From NCBI GenBank assembly GCA_020137815.1, contig CM035361.1, forward strand, positions 3,720,001 through 3,784,000: a stretch of 64,000 nt of DNA, read 5' to 3'. This document shows, in pieces, positions 23,901 to 35,640 of this stretch. The translations under genes were made by a program, and so were the position numbers. Numbering within the stretch: the stretch's first letter is position 1; the number at the start of each line of letters is the position of its first letter. The stretch is from Hormiphora californensis. Lineage: Eukaryota > Animalia > Ctenophora. The notes beneath the pieces were generated by a model. That model did not search any database, had not been told where the DNA came from, and saw only the letters and a list, made by a program, of their open reading frames with translations.

Positions 23901-26900
23901 TAAACTCAGTTTTAAGATATTAACCACCGAGAGAAACATTTTAAAGAGGAAAATTTTAGAGGCCATGTATATACAGAAACTGAGACCTGGTATGAACAAT
24001 AAAGAGGAATGTTCCGAACTTACGAGATATTTAATTTAATATTTAGTTGCTGTTCACGGCGTGCCTGGTGAAATTTTAACACGACCTAGCATGCAACGGG
24101 AAACCACCACTTGTACGTGGTAGCTGAGGGTCTACAGAATGGCGCTACGGTGCGGGAAAAAAAAGTCCATGCCCTAAAATCGTTTTTTTTACTTTTATTT
24201 GATTTGGGTCAAAATTGGCTATATTAAACGTGGTCCCGAAAAATCCATAATGACTTAGCACACGAAATATGTCACCCCTACCTACTTTTGCACGTAGAAT
24301 CGATTGCCGTTGAAGTCGAATCTCTAAAATGACTGTAAAATGGTCAAAAGTTGATTTTTTACCATTTTTTGGAGGTTTTTGGCCCCTAAACCATTGAAAA
24401 CGTTGAGATAGGAATTTGAAACGAGTGCCAATCATTAAAATGGTCATTTTTCTACCAAGAACCAAGTTTTCGTGTATATCCGATTTATGGCTAGATTTGG
24501 GCAAATTGTTGAAATCTGCCAACTAGGAGAACCGTAACTTGATTTTCTTGTTTTTTGGATTTTGGCATTTTTGACAAACTTCTGATTGAAATGGTCAATC
24601 GGGACCATGCTTAAGTTGTTTATGGGACAATTTTCGACTAAAATCCAAGATTTCATACCAATCCAATAACTGATCGTTGATTTATAGAAAATTTAAGTAG
24701 GCAAAACGGTCAAAATAAGCAAGAAAAGTTGTCATTTTGACCGTTTTGCCTACTTAAATTTTCTATAAATCAACGATCAGTTATTGGATTGGTATGAAAT
24801 CTTGGATTTTAGTCGAAAATTGTCCCATAAACAACTTAAGCATGGTCCCGATTGACCATTTCAATCAGAAGTTTGTCAAAAATGCCAAAATCCAAAAAAC
24901 AAGAAAATCAAGTTACGGTTCTCCTAGTTGGCAGATTTCAACAATTTGCCCAAATCTAACCATAAATCGGATATACACGAAAACTTGGTTCTTGGTAGAA
25001 AAATGACCATTTTAACGATTGGCACTAGTTTCAAATCCCAATCTCAACGTTTTCAATGGTTTAGGGGCCAAAAACCTCCAAAAAATGGTAAAAAATCAAC
25101 TTTTGACCATTTTACAGTCATTTTAGAGATTCGACTTCAACGGCAATCGATTCTACGTGCAAAAATAGGTAGGGGTGACATATTTCGTGTGCTAAGTCAT
25201 TATGGATTTTTCGGGACCACGTTTAATATAGCCAATCTTGACCCAAATCAAATAAAAGTAAAAAAAACGATTTTAGGGCATGGACTTTTTTTTCCCGCAC
25301 CGTAGCGCCATTCTGTAGACCCTCAGCTACCACGTACAAGTGGTGGTTTCCCGTTGCATGCTAGGTCGTGTTAAAATTTCACCAGGCACGCCGTGTGTTG
25401 TTGTTGTTGTCCAGTGGGTTCGTGTGTTTGTGTGCGTAATAGTTTGTATTAATTTGTGATAGTCCTTGTGTATCACCTCATGCACGCCCTATTTGTTTAT
25501 CACTTCATCTCACCTGCTGTATTGTAACGGTAACTTCAGTTCACTCTGTACTGTTCATATGAGACTTGCTCCTCTGTACAGTGTTTAGTTTATTATTAAA
25601 GTGCTGATTTATAATTTTATGTTGATTGACGTGTGTGATTTTAGTTTTTACTATATCATACTATTATTAAAGCAAATAGGGAAATGATGGGTGATGGTTT
25701 TTTTACCAAATATGGCACAAAATTCCTGGAAATGGCCTTTTGCACGTGTTGTCCCTGGTAGAGGGACCCTGGCAACCTGCCAGCTTGAGCCTTAAACTGC
25801 ACGTGCATCCTTGATTCATCTCTCTGCCGGTTGTTGGTTGGTTGGTTGCTCGATTTGATCTGTTCACCCCCTGTTCACCACGTTTCGTGAACATGACTAC
25901 TCAACTTCAACACAATCGCCAGCGAGTTTGGAGGAGCCATATATATGTCCCAAACTGGCGCTGACGCCTATAGACTACGTGATAGAATCCTACAAAAGAG
26001 GTGATTATTATTCAAAAAATGTTGTCAACACACGTAATAACAAAGTATCAATGGCACTAATAAGAAATGGCAGTAATACGTGAAAGTATTTTGCAAATGT
26101 GCTCCTTCATAAAATACTTCAGGACCTGGCAAAAGAGGACCCGTGGTTTTTCTGTCGAAAGAATCGCTGTGGTTAATTTACCTGATAAATTTACTGATTT
26201 TAAAAATTTCAAATGATACTACTCTATTTGCTTAGTTTACTGTGTGTATGACCATTGACCATCCGTAACATTCGCCCGTAGGGCGAGCGGGCTTACTAGT
26301 ATTTATAATTAACACTATTTATTTTTGTAGCCCGATGAAGAGGTAGATCCTCGAAACTGGTAGCGTCATTATACCCGTCTGATTCATTTGTCCAGCCACA
26401 GAGAGAATAACAAAAACTCTGAATAGCTTACAGTCGGACCCCGATTTAACGGGATGCTCGGGGGAAAGGGTTTTAACCGGTAAGTTGGTGTGCCCGGTAT
26501 ATTGGGGAAGTTATCGGGTATGAGATGGGGGTAACTGAATACTGCCGGACAATACAGGTCTTGCAATTATACCTGCTCTGTTGATGATAATGATGCTGAT
26601 GTTTACTCCATACCCTTGGAGATCCCGAGCCATGTTACCCAGATACTTAGCCTGCAAGATATTATCAAAATTAGCGGGAAAATTATAAACGTCTCGCTGT
26701 GTCGGGTACCTGTAACCCTTTCGTTCGTAACCTCCCAGCCACGCTTCGCCTTCCAACCCTTAGTTCTTGAACCAAGTCTCGAGTTCATTCAACTCATGAA
26801 TCATCTGTCAGAGCATTGGCCTGACCCTATTCTGAACTGCGGTCAGAGCATTGGCCTGACAGTGAATCATGTTATTGCAGTTTTTCACACCTGTGTGGTA

Positions 26901-27653
26901 CAGTAAAGACAGTGTGCTGTGTGAAGAGCTAGAACGGTGGGTCTACCATCTGTAATGTCATCCAGCTCAACTTGTCTTTTAATGTCCTCACCCCACGGCA
27001 AATCTTTCCTTGTGGGGGGGGGGGGGGGCGGTTTTGAGTTTTTTTGGTTGCATAGGCCAATTGAACACTAAATTGTCAAAGACGCAGGGTTAGGTCAAAA
27101 GAGTGGCAAAATATTTCCAGATTTGAGATTTATATGAAGCAGTATAGCTGCAAAAGAAATAAACCTACTCATACTGAAGACTGTAGGGATTTCTAACTTT
27201 GCACATTTTTGGTTGCCATGCCGACACAATTCCCCCGCCCCTGAAAACGTTTTGTGGTTTGTCACTTGGTGTCTTCTCCTTTCTGTCGAGGTCACGTGAT
27301 AGGTCTTGGTCACGTGATATCTGCTGGTCACGTGATAGGTCTTGGTCACGTGATAGGTCTTGGTCACGTGATATCTGCTGGTCACGTGATAGGTCGTAGT
27401 CACAGGAAGGACAATTGGGATATAGGAACCACCTAAATATAGAAGGTACTTTTCAGTTCCTCCTGATATTATTGCAACCGGATTACCAATCGTAGATCCG
27501 CTCAGACCGTTCAGTGAACAGTCTAAGCGAGTCACTGAACGGTGTCCACTGAAAAGACACCATTTTCGGCTTGAAATACGAGCAGTTCTGTCAAGTTTAC
27601 CTCTCGGCAAGAAAGATTGAGAGGAGTAGGGCTATAGCACCATTAAAAACCAT
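14986..27653 (-). CDS. Secreted protein with three tandem selenoprotein-P N-terminal-like (thioredoxin-fold) domains, Cys homolog (CLYC), ~529 aa
   Basis: 16 phase-consistent GT-AG exons: 27653-27601 (MVFNGAIALLLSIFLAES signal peptide), 27548-27487, 27240-27165, 27008-26891, 26651-26573, 23016-22912, 22712-22653, 22451-22319, 22144-22030, 21502-21377, 19489-19411, 16720-16567, 16413-16314, 16012-15916, 15619-15524, 15122-14986. Domain 1 TVLALHTAHCLYCTTQAKYL..NISIIIIN..NAWRDLGGYKDDFYIYDAQQRL parallels SelP VVALLQASUYLCILQASKL..NISYIVVN..DVWTLLNGSKDDFLIYDRCGRL (SelP sequence recalled from memory). Confidence 0.82.
15308..15491. mobile_element. MITE (GGGGAAACAG..GTGCCTGAACCTCAGG TIR); partial copy at about 10535-10592
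   Basis: About 57-bp imperfect inverted termini. Confidence 0.75.
17137..19412. mobile_element. Foldback non-autonomous DNA transposon, Kolobok-like (GG..CC termini, TTAA TSD), arms about 600 bp
   Basis: TTAA at 17133-17136 and 19413-19416. Termini GGGTACGCTAACC/GGTTAGCGTACCC. The mirrored ORFs 18143-18367 and 19068-19292 are identical. Confidence 0.88.
17239..18120. mobile_element. piggyBac-type non-autonomous element nested in the left arm of the foldback
   Basis: TTAA|CCCTTTGGGGACGAT...ATCGTCTCCAAAGGG|TTAA. Absent from the right arm. Confidence 0.85.
20405..21291. mobile_element. Tc1/mariner-type MITE, long form, inserted into a related MITE
   Basis: TA|CAGTCGGACCCCGATTTAG...CTAAATCGGGGTCCGACTG|TA, with an internal inverted repeat. 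The host MITE pieces are at about 20322-20400 and 21295-21350. Confidence 0.8.
21557..21800. mobile_element. MITE (TAGTGGGAGACACTA TIR)
   Basis: About 60-bp inverted termini. Confidence 0.75.
23170..24039 (+). mobile_element. 5'-truncated Penelope-like retroelement ORF: RT C-terminus/thumb plus GIY-YIG endonuclease
   Basis: PFLGTEI..FYRK..LHFRSHHP thumb motifs, a Cys-rich linker, and VYQITC..IYVGES.R..RLSEH..E..I..LRP.MN GIY-YIG motifs. Lies in intron 5 of the SelP-like gene, antisense to it. Confidence 0.92.
24055..25395. mobile_element. Foldback element with 662-bp arms and 17-bp spacer, CAC..GTG termini and 4-bp TSD (Chapaev-like)
   Basis: TGTT|CACGGCGTGCC...GGCACGCCGTG|TGTT. Near-identical mirrored ORFs on both strands. 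Confidence 0.88.
25656..26299 (+). mobile_element. Non-autonomous Helitron
   Basis: A|TCATACTATTATTAAAG 5' end. 3' hairpin TCGCCC-GTA-GGGCGA followed by CTAG|T. Inserted in an AT dinucleotide. Confidence 0.75.
26328..26364 (+). ncRNA. Penelope-associated minimal hammerhead-ribozyme-like motif (variant core)
   Basis: CCGATGA-A-GAGG-TAGAT-CCTC-GAAAC-TG-GTA, lying in the 3' tail of the Penelope-like element. Confidence 0.45.
27291..27392. repeat. 18-bp x6 tandem repeat, each with GTCACGTGAT
   Basis: Directly visible, in intron 2 of the SelP-like gene. Confidence 0.9.
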
Positions 27654-28280
27654 GCCACAGCTGTTATACCACTACTGTAATACTATAGAAGTTGTTCGTC
27701 ATACACCTTTTTATTATCAACTGTCTGCAGTTAAGTTCAAAAACTTTGCTAGATATCGCACAAAAAGCAGTACCGAATTGTTTCTACGGTGTACAAAATA
27801 TGCAGAAGCGCCTATGTGTACTGCAGCATGTGAAAGTAAACTATCAAATTGTGTACTACTACGTGCTGGGTGCATGCGGTATAGGTTGTGCCGGGTGTTT
27901 TTATAGCCGCGTACACATCTGTACGGAAATTGGCTTAAACGCATGTCACTTACATACATAGAAACATAGTGCCAGTAAACGGCCATTTTTGAAGTAATTT
28001 TCAAGTTTACATAATCTACTTCTATAAGTTTAAGGATGCTCAGATATAAAACATCAATTGGTACCTGAACTCATAAAGGAGGATCCCAGAGATAGTTCTT
28101 TCATCCTACATTACGATAAAATCTATCGGTTCCTTCGGGGGGTCTCTATCTCGCCGACTGTATCTTTTGTGCACCTAGGGAAATTAAAGTAGAGAGGAGG
28201 GGGTTGAAAATATAGTACTAGGACGTCTGATCGTGATTGGTTTATATCGGACGTCTGAATGAGTACGGAGACACAGAGAA

Positions 28281-28359
<79 letters not shown>

Positions 28360-28497
28360 GAGAAAGAGGGAAATACCAAAATTACGATCGTTACGACAGA
28401 CCTGAAACAATAATTCAGCTACTTTAATGCGTGTCGGATAGTTTTCACATAACCGATTGTTATGGAGATTTTGTTGTTGAGTTACTATCTGGACTTT

Positions 28498-28569
<72 letters not shown>

Positions 28570-28595
28570 TCTCTCTCTCTCCTCATCTCTCTCTC

Positions 28596-28688
<93 letters not shown>

Positions 28689-29066
28689 TTGTCTCTCTTT
28701 CTCTCCCCCTTTGTCTCTCTCTAGTCTCCACCTTTTCTGAGTGCACCAATAATTTAATAAAGAGTCCTGGTCAGACGTTGTGACGCCCCCGGTGGAGTGG
28801 GGCGGGGAGAATTAGAACACTGATCTGCCCCCCCCCTCACCCCTGCTGCACTAGAGATCGGCGAATACCTATCAAAGGGCATTTTACGGCGTGAGGTTTC
28901 CAAAAATTATGAGTGGATTATATGGAGAAACGATTTTCGGAGAGCTACTGGCATCTTGTTCAGAATGTCTCGTGCGACCTCCCCTCCAAAATCCCCCTCC
29001 CCCAAACCGCCCTCCCTAAAAATTAGCTAAAATGGTAAAACACTCCCCCGCCTTTTTGAGTACCCC

Positions 29067-29166
29067 NNNNNNNNNNNNNNNNNNNNNNNNNNNNNNNNNN
29101 NNNNNNNNNNNNNNNNNNNNNNNNNNNNNNNNNNNNNNNNNNNNNNNNNNNNNNNNNNNNNNNNNN
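29067..29166. other. Assembly gap (100 N)
   Basis: Run of N. Confidence 1.
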
Positions 29167-29420
29167 TATATATTACGAGTCCAAATTCCAATACTGAAAA
29201 CCAATCAACTGATATATTGCAATACCGAGAAGTCATGACTCGGTCATGCAATGTAGGTCTGATACGATAGAATGAGCGGGCTACAAATATGTTGTAGTGC
29301 TTTTATAATGGCGCCAGGGGGCCGGGGCTGGTTGCGTTGAAAACAGAGAATATTGGGATACGAGCTAGAGATACAGCTCTCTTGACGTTGAAGAATATAT
29401 TATGTGAGGTGGGTGAAGAT

Positions 29421-29480
<60 letters not shown>

Positions 29481-30628
29481 GCTAGAGGAGAGATGTCGAC
29501 GAGAGAGAGGCGACTCTGCTCCGATCTCTATACTCTTGCCGTCTCTTCTGCTCTTCAGCTCCTCTCTCTCCGTACCTCTGCTCTCCTCCTTCTCTCTACT
29601 CCTCTCTTATTGTTCCCCCTCCACCCCCCTCCTCTCGTTTTCCCCCCGGGCACATGGTCACACTAGTACCTTTTCCCATCCCCTTTCCCCTTGATCGATT
29701 TTTCAGGTCCGTGTGGCCGTGGCTAAGCGTGGCTGTGTATACAAAAATACGGAAAAAATCATAAAATACAAAAACACCAAAAAGATCTTCTTGGCTAGGC
29801 GGGCCCACAGTGTATCAATCCGCCAACTACTAGGTCTCACCCCGCCTTCTCCGGCTTAGGGTTACCCGTGGAAAACACGCACCTTCCATCCACCTTTGGA
29901 TCCTTCCTCCCATCATTGCCCCTTTTCCTCCTTGTGGCTGTCTCCATACTGTTCGGTTCCCTGGTCATACCTCGATCGTGTTTGCGTCTCTTCGGGTCTC
30001 TTCCAGAGTGCTCGGGTCGTGCTGGGCCATAGTATGTTCGGGCTGGTAGAAGATGCATCCGTCCTCGGGAGTGTTGCGTGGCGCGTTCAGTAGGTCGTCG
30101 GGAGTCAAAGGGGAACGGATCGCGTGCTGGTGGGACGAATGATCGGGAGGATCGCTAGCGGCGAGAACAGGCCGAGAGAGGGGGGGGCAGGGGGTGCAGT
30201 AGGTCCCATTCCCAGAGGGCGATCTCTGGCGTCGTCAGATCAGGCGGATGAGGGGCTCCGGTGGGACTCTTCTCGCCTCGTCGGTCCTGCGTCGGGGTCT
30301 TCCTGGGGTTTCCTCGTCGAGAGAGCGTGTCTGCCTCGATTTCTCTTCCGCGTCTCTTCTCTTCTTCTCGTCTCGTCTCTCTTCGTCGCGGGGTCTCGCT
30401 GTCGTCTGTCGCTCTCTCAATACATTTCTCCTCTCCTCTCTAATCTCTCCCTCTATCTGCCTATCAAGCAAATCTTTCCTCCAAAAGGGTCCCCCAAAGC
30501 AAATCATCCTGCACAAGTTTTAGCCCCAACCATGATCTGCTTTTTACACCTCCAGTTTTTTGTCGTGGTGCTTAGACAGACATAGGAGATAGAGAGAGAT
30601 CAGAGGACAGAGAGAGAGATAGATGAGC

Positions 30629-30679
<51 letters not shown>

Positions 30680-31492
30680 AGAGAAAGGAGAAGAGAGAGA
30701 GAGAGAGAGAGATAGAGAGAGAAGAGAGAGAGAAGAGAAGAGAAAACCGCAATTGGTGCCACCTCCACAATTTTATATAACCCGAGGACGCTCATATAGC
30801 TTCTTTCTTAGTCTTCTCTTCTTCTCTTCTTTTCCCTCAGCAATGTCCTCTGAATGTGAATCATGGCTAAGTCTAGTCTAACAAGTCTCTCTTCAACACT
30901 GACTGGACTGTAATAATAGCTCTAGGTGATCTCTATGAGCCAATCCGACACACAACAGCTCACACGCATTGTCCAAACCCCCACCAATCAATAGCAGAAT
31001 CTCTCCACTTTTCTACCTTCTACCGACGGGAACCAGTTGCATGACTCTTTTAGGCAAGTTCTGCATTTGAGCTCCTTCATCACAAATGCATCATCACACC
31101 CTAGAGACAAAAACTTAAAACAACTCTCTTGTACTATACTAAAACTACTTACCTTACTCCTCCGTGCTTTCATCATCTGTGAGCTGGGGTGGGCATGTGC
31201 GCTGGTCAGGGAGGAAGAATTCTTGTTAATAGTTGTTTATAGACACGTTGGGTGGTCAAATGGTGGACGAAGGGGGTAAAAAAAAAATGACAAGACAGAG
31301 AGCCGAAGAGATTAAATCACATAAATCACACACAAACACCAACCTCTCCTCCGGATTAAGTTTCCTTCTCCTGTCTCTCTTTTTTTTCGTTGCTACCCTC
31401 TCTACTCTCTCTCTACTCTCTCGCTCTCTAGCTAGCCTCTCGCTCTTCTCAGCTCTCTCTCTCTCTATCTCTCTCTCTCGCTCCTCTCTCGC

Positions 31493-31536
<44 letters not shown>

Positions 31537-34473
31537 ACTCTCTCTCTCTCTCTCTCTGCTGCTCTCTCTCTAGATAGACAAGGTAAATGAACAGCTGCAG
31601 TGAATCAATGACATTATTCTAATAACCGATCGTCCCTCATCATCCCCATCATCATCACGTCCATTTTTGTTTTAATATGAGATCTACGGGGAAATATTAT
31701 TGGCTGACAATATACGATGATAGAGTGTATTATCAGATGAATTCAATTCAAACAGCTCACTTGTTTTCCTATATTTCATCCTATTTCGGTCACGTGATAT
31801 CATAATTAAAGAAAGGGAGACGTGATGATATTTCGATAACAGATAATATATGAATGAGACAAAGGGTTGTTGTTTCATGATTGTAATGAAAACTGGAAAG
31901 GTGGTGATATATATGGGCCGAGAGTTTTTAACACATGCTACAATGAAATTGATGGTGATAGTTTGACGCGTGCCGTGGTGGAATTTTCAAAATATTTTCC
32001 CTCACTTATTATAATTTCCCTTTCTTCTACCGCGGCTATGCCTAATAGGCAGGAACCGACCGAATCAGGAAATACGGGTCAGTCACGTGACCTAAATAAC
32101 GAGTTCTGATTGGTTGTTTACTTGTTTCGGTCGGTTCCTGAGGCATTGCCTATACATGGTGAATAGATTACCAATTAATTACTAAACATCGGTTTATCGA
32201 AAAATAAACACACTTCTTTGGCTGGACCCAATGAAAGAAATTATTTCACTGTGATCTAAAATCTGTACATCGTCCCAGTGAGCTAAAAAGAGAAGCTAGG
32301 AAGAGACTGAAAATTCTGGATAAGACTTAGAAAGTTTGGTAATAAATTCAACCGATCATGCTAACGAAATTGTACCAGCCACGAACACTCCTTGTCTATC
32401 CCAGTTTCTCTCTCTCTCTCTCCTTCTCTCTCTCTCCTCTCTCTCTCTCTCTCCTCTCCTCTCCCTCTCTCCTCCTCTCCCTCTCATCTCTCTCGTCCAA
32501 GTCTCTGACGCGGTTTCACTCACACTCTCTAAGCGATCGCTCCTCTCATCGTGCATGAGGAGCAAGTGAAAGGTCTTCGTGGTGCGGGTTATCTCGTGCC
32601 TTTCTATGGTTATTGCTCCATGATCCCGTCGTTCTGTGGTAAGGAGTCTTCCTGGGATGTGCCACGTCTTTCTCGCAGTAATTCGGTCGGTTCTCCTCTT
32701 ACCTCTTCTGCGCTCTGCTTCCGGGTGGTCGTGTCTCTTCGCTGTCTTTCTGCTCGTCTTCGTCCTCTGTCTTCTGCTCTCTTCCTTCTTCGAGCCTCGG
32801 GTGTACTGAGCGATTGTCCATACTCTCATATAACAAATATATGAAAAAGTCTGAAAAGAAATTAGCGATGCTCACCCCCTCCCTACTGGCCACGTGACAT
32901 GATTCCCGTGCTGTGATTGGCTGATGACCTATCACGTGACTGCGTTCTCTCCTCTCATTGGTCGAGCAGTTGTAGTGATGCTTTTCATACCTCACAAGAT
33001 TATTATTTTATGAATTGCACTGAATCCAGACTACCTGGTCCAGATTGATTTGTTTATAAACACGGAACCGTAATTATTTCGAGGCTCGAAATTAAAATTA
33101 GTGCAACGTTGAATCATTTTATACGACTTTGTTTCATTTCCATTTTGTCTATTTAAAAAGTATAGACCAATCTGAAAAACAAGGATTGAATATTTCAAAA
33201 CAGTTTTATATGAACAAATCAATCATATTAACTTCCGAAAGATATCGCGTACGTTTTACATATTAGTGTAAAAAAGAAGACGTTCTATACAATTACATAA
33301 CCAATCGCCGGAGTATCATATTGTTGTCGCATATGTTTTTAACTTTAGAAATAGACGTTTTAGTTATACTGATTGGTTTTCTGCGAAAATGAGAAATTTG
33401 ATGTGAAAATAATAAAAGGGACATGGGGTGTGTGGCTCCTAGGAGGAGCCGGGGTGTTAACATTTCTCGCTTCCTCGACGAGTTTTTATATCATCATTCA
33501 TACCCCAGGTTTTATATCATGCCCCAGAAGTTTAGAATTTGGTAAAGATCAGGAACCGGCCGAATTAGGAAATACTGGTCCCTGATTGGCTGATAACCAG
33601 TCGCGTGACCTAAATAACGAGTTCTGATTGGCTCAGAGTTGTTTTTCCCCAACAACTAATCGCTGGTTTGCCCTCACATTAGATCTGATCAGGGTTGGCC
33701 AATTATAGCAAGCACAAAAACAATCAGATCATTGTTGTGGGCAAGAAATCCCCAGCTGATTGGCCACTCCATGGCAAAACTAGATCAACTAAAGAGAGAA
33801 AAAGGGAGATCCTTTGGTTTACTAAAGAGAGATAAAGAGAGATCCTTTGGTTTACTTAAGAGAGCAAAAGAGAGATTGGTACAATAACTAAGGAAAGACA
33901 GCCTTGATATAATACAATGATCTACATGATAAATCATCTAACAAGTATTCAAACAGTGATTAACCCCCCACAGTGAACTTTATTTTAAACCGATTTTTAT
34001 GGTTTTAACAAACAAAAAAAAAAAAACAAGCTCTATTATGAAGTCTAAAGTGAGAAAAGAGCGGGGAGAGAGCGATATAGAGAAGAGAATATAGAAACCG
34101 ATTGTACGAGCAGAGAAATTGTGACTGAAGCATAGAGAGAGGGGTAGACAGGGAGAAAGACCTCCCACGAACAAGCAAGCACAACAGCCCTAGAGCTCGC
34201 ACGCGACTGTGATCGTAATCAAAACTGGCCAACAACCTCTCATATAATAGCATCCACTTTTCGTTCTCTATCTCTCCATCTTTATCTCTCTCGCTATCTT
34301 TTTCTCTCTATCTTTCTCCCGTGTCTATCTGTCTCTATAACTTTCGATCATGATTAATCTTTGTACTCAATTGCAGCTGCAGGGGACTAAACCGGAATGG
34401 TAAAGAAGACGACAAGATAGAGTGAGAGTTGAGAGAGTGGAGATAGCGATATAGCAGAGGAGAGAGAGAGATG

Positions 34474-34504
<31 letters not shown>

Positions 34505-34660
34505 GGGTGGATTGGTCCACCTGCCACACCACCTCCTATCGGTTTCCCCCGGGCAACACACACGGTCACACGGCGTACCTTTTTTCCCCATCCATCCCCT
34601 TTTCCCCTTGATCGAGTTTCAGGTCAAAAAAAGTGTAGGCCGTGGCTATCGTGCTGTGTA
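34505..34660 (+). ncRNA. Putative HDV-like self-cleaving ribozyme at the 5' end of an RLE retrotransposon (second copy about 29615-29735)
   Basis: P3/L3 ACC-TCCTATC-GGT and J1/4 GGG. P4 CACGGTCACACGG pairs with CCGTGTGGCCGTG. J4/2 CTAA, and P2 GCCAC pairs with GTGGC. The model is a composite of two error-containing copies; P1 is not resolved. Confidence 0.5.
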
Positions 34661-34959
34661 ATCAAAAAATACGGCACGGAAAAAAAATCATAAAATACAA
34701 AAACAACAAAAAGATCTTCTGGCTAGGCGGCCCACAGTGTATCAATCGCCAACTATTACGTTTCCTACCTTCCACCCTACCCCCCTACCCCCCGCCTTCC
34801 CCGGCTCGGGGTACCCGTGGAACGAAGCACCTTCCAGCCCCACCTGGTGGACCTCCAATCCCCTTTATCTACTAAACCCACTAACCATCCTGATACTAAT
34901 CTGACTAGAACAGCCCCTAACCCTCCCATTCATAGGGTAACCCCGATCCAGAGAGAAAT

Positions 34960-35640
34960 AGTAAATACCCTTACCCCGCGCCTGGAGGATAGTTTACCAC
35001 CACCCCGCTCCCAGAGGATAGTCGCCACCCGTTCCGGAGAGAACATAAAAGTATAACCCCTTACCTACCCCGCGCCTGAGATGATAGTTTACCCCGCTCC
35101 ACAGAGGATAGTTGCCCCGTTCCGGAAGAGGAAGTATAACCCCTTACCCCGCGCCGAGAGATATTTACCTTCTACCCCGCTCCACAGAGGATATTTTGCC
35201 CCGTTCCTGAGAGGATAGTATATACCCCTTACCCCACACCTGAGAGGATGTTTTTACTACCAATGCTCCACATAGATAGTTGCCCCGGTCCGAGAGGATA
35301 GTATATACCCTTACCCCCCCGCGCCTGAGAGGAAAGTTTTAACCCCGCTCCACAGAGGATAGTCGCCCCGTCTGAGAGGATAGTATCCCCTTACCCCCCA
35401 CCTGAGAGGATAGTTTACCAACCGCCCCGCTCCACAGAGGATAGTTCCCCGTTCCCGTGAGAGGCTAGTAGAACACCCCTTACCCGCCCTGAGAGGATAG
35501 TTTACCCCGCCTCCACAGAGGATCTTGCCCGTTCCGGAGAGGATAGTATAACCCTTACCCCGCGCCTTGAGAGGAGAGTTTACCCCGCTCCACGATGATA
35601 GTTTGCCCCCGTTCCGGAGAGGATAGTTTTACCCTGTTCC
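34960..35640. repeat. ~70-75-bp tandem repeat rich in GAGGATAG / ACCCCG
   Basis: About 9 degenerate units in the 5' region of the retroelement. Confidence 0.8.

Noticed and set aside
18143-25305. Pairs of identical ORFs on opposite strands (74, 125 and 70 aa)
   Set aside because: They are mirror images from foldback transposon arms, with no transposase motifs.
28123-32995. ER/SL-repeat ORFs
   Set aside because: They are translations of (GA)n/(CT)n microsatellites.
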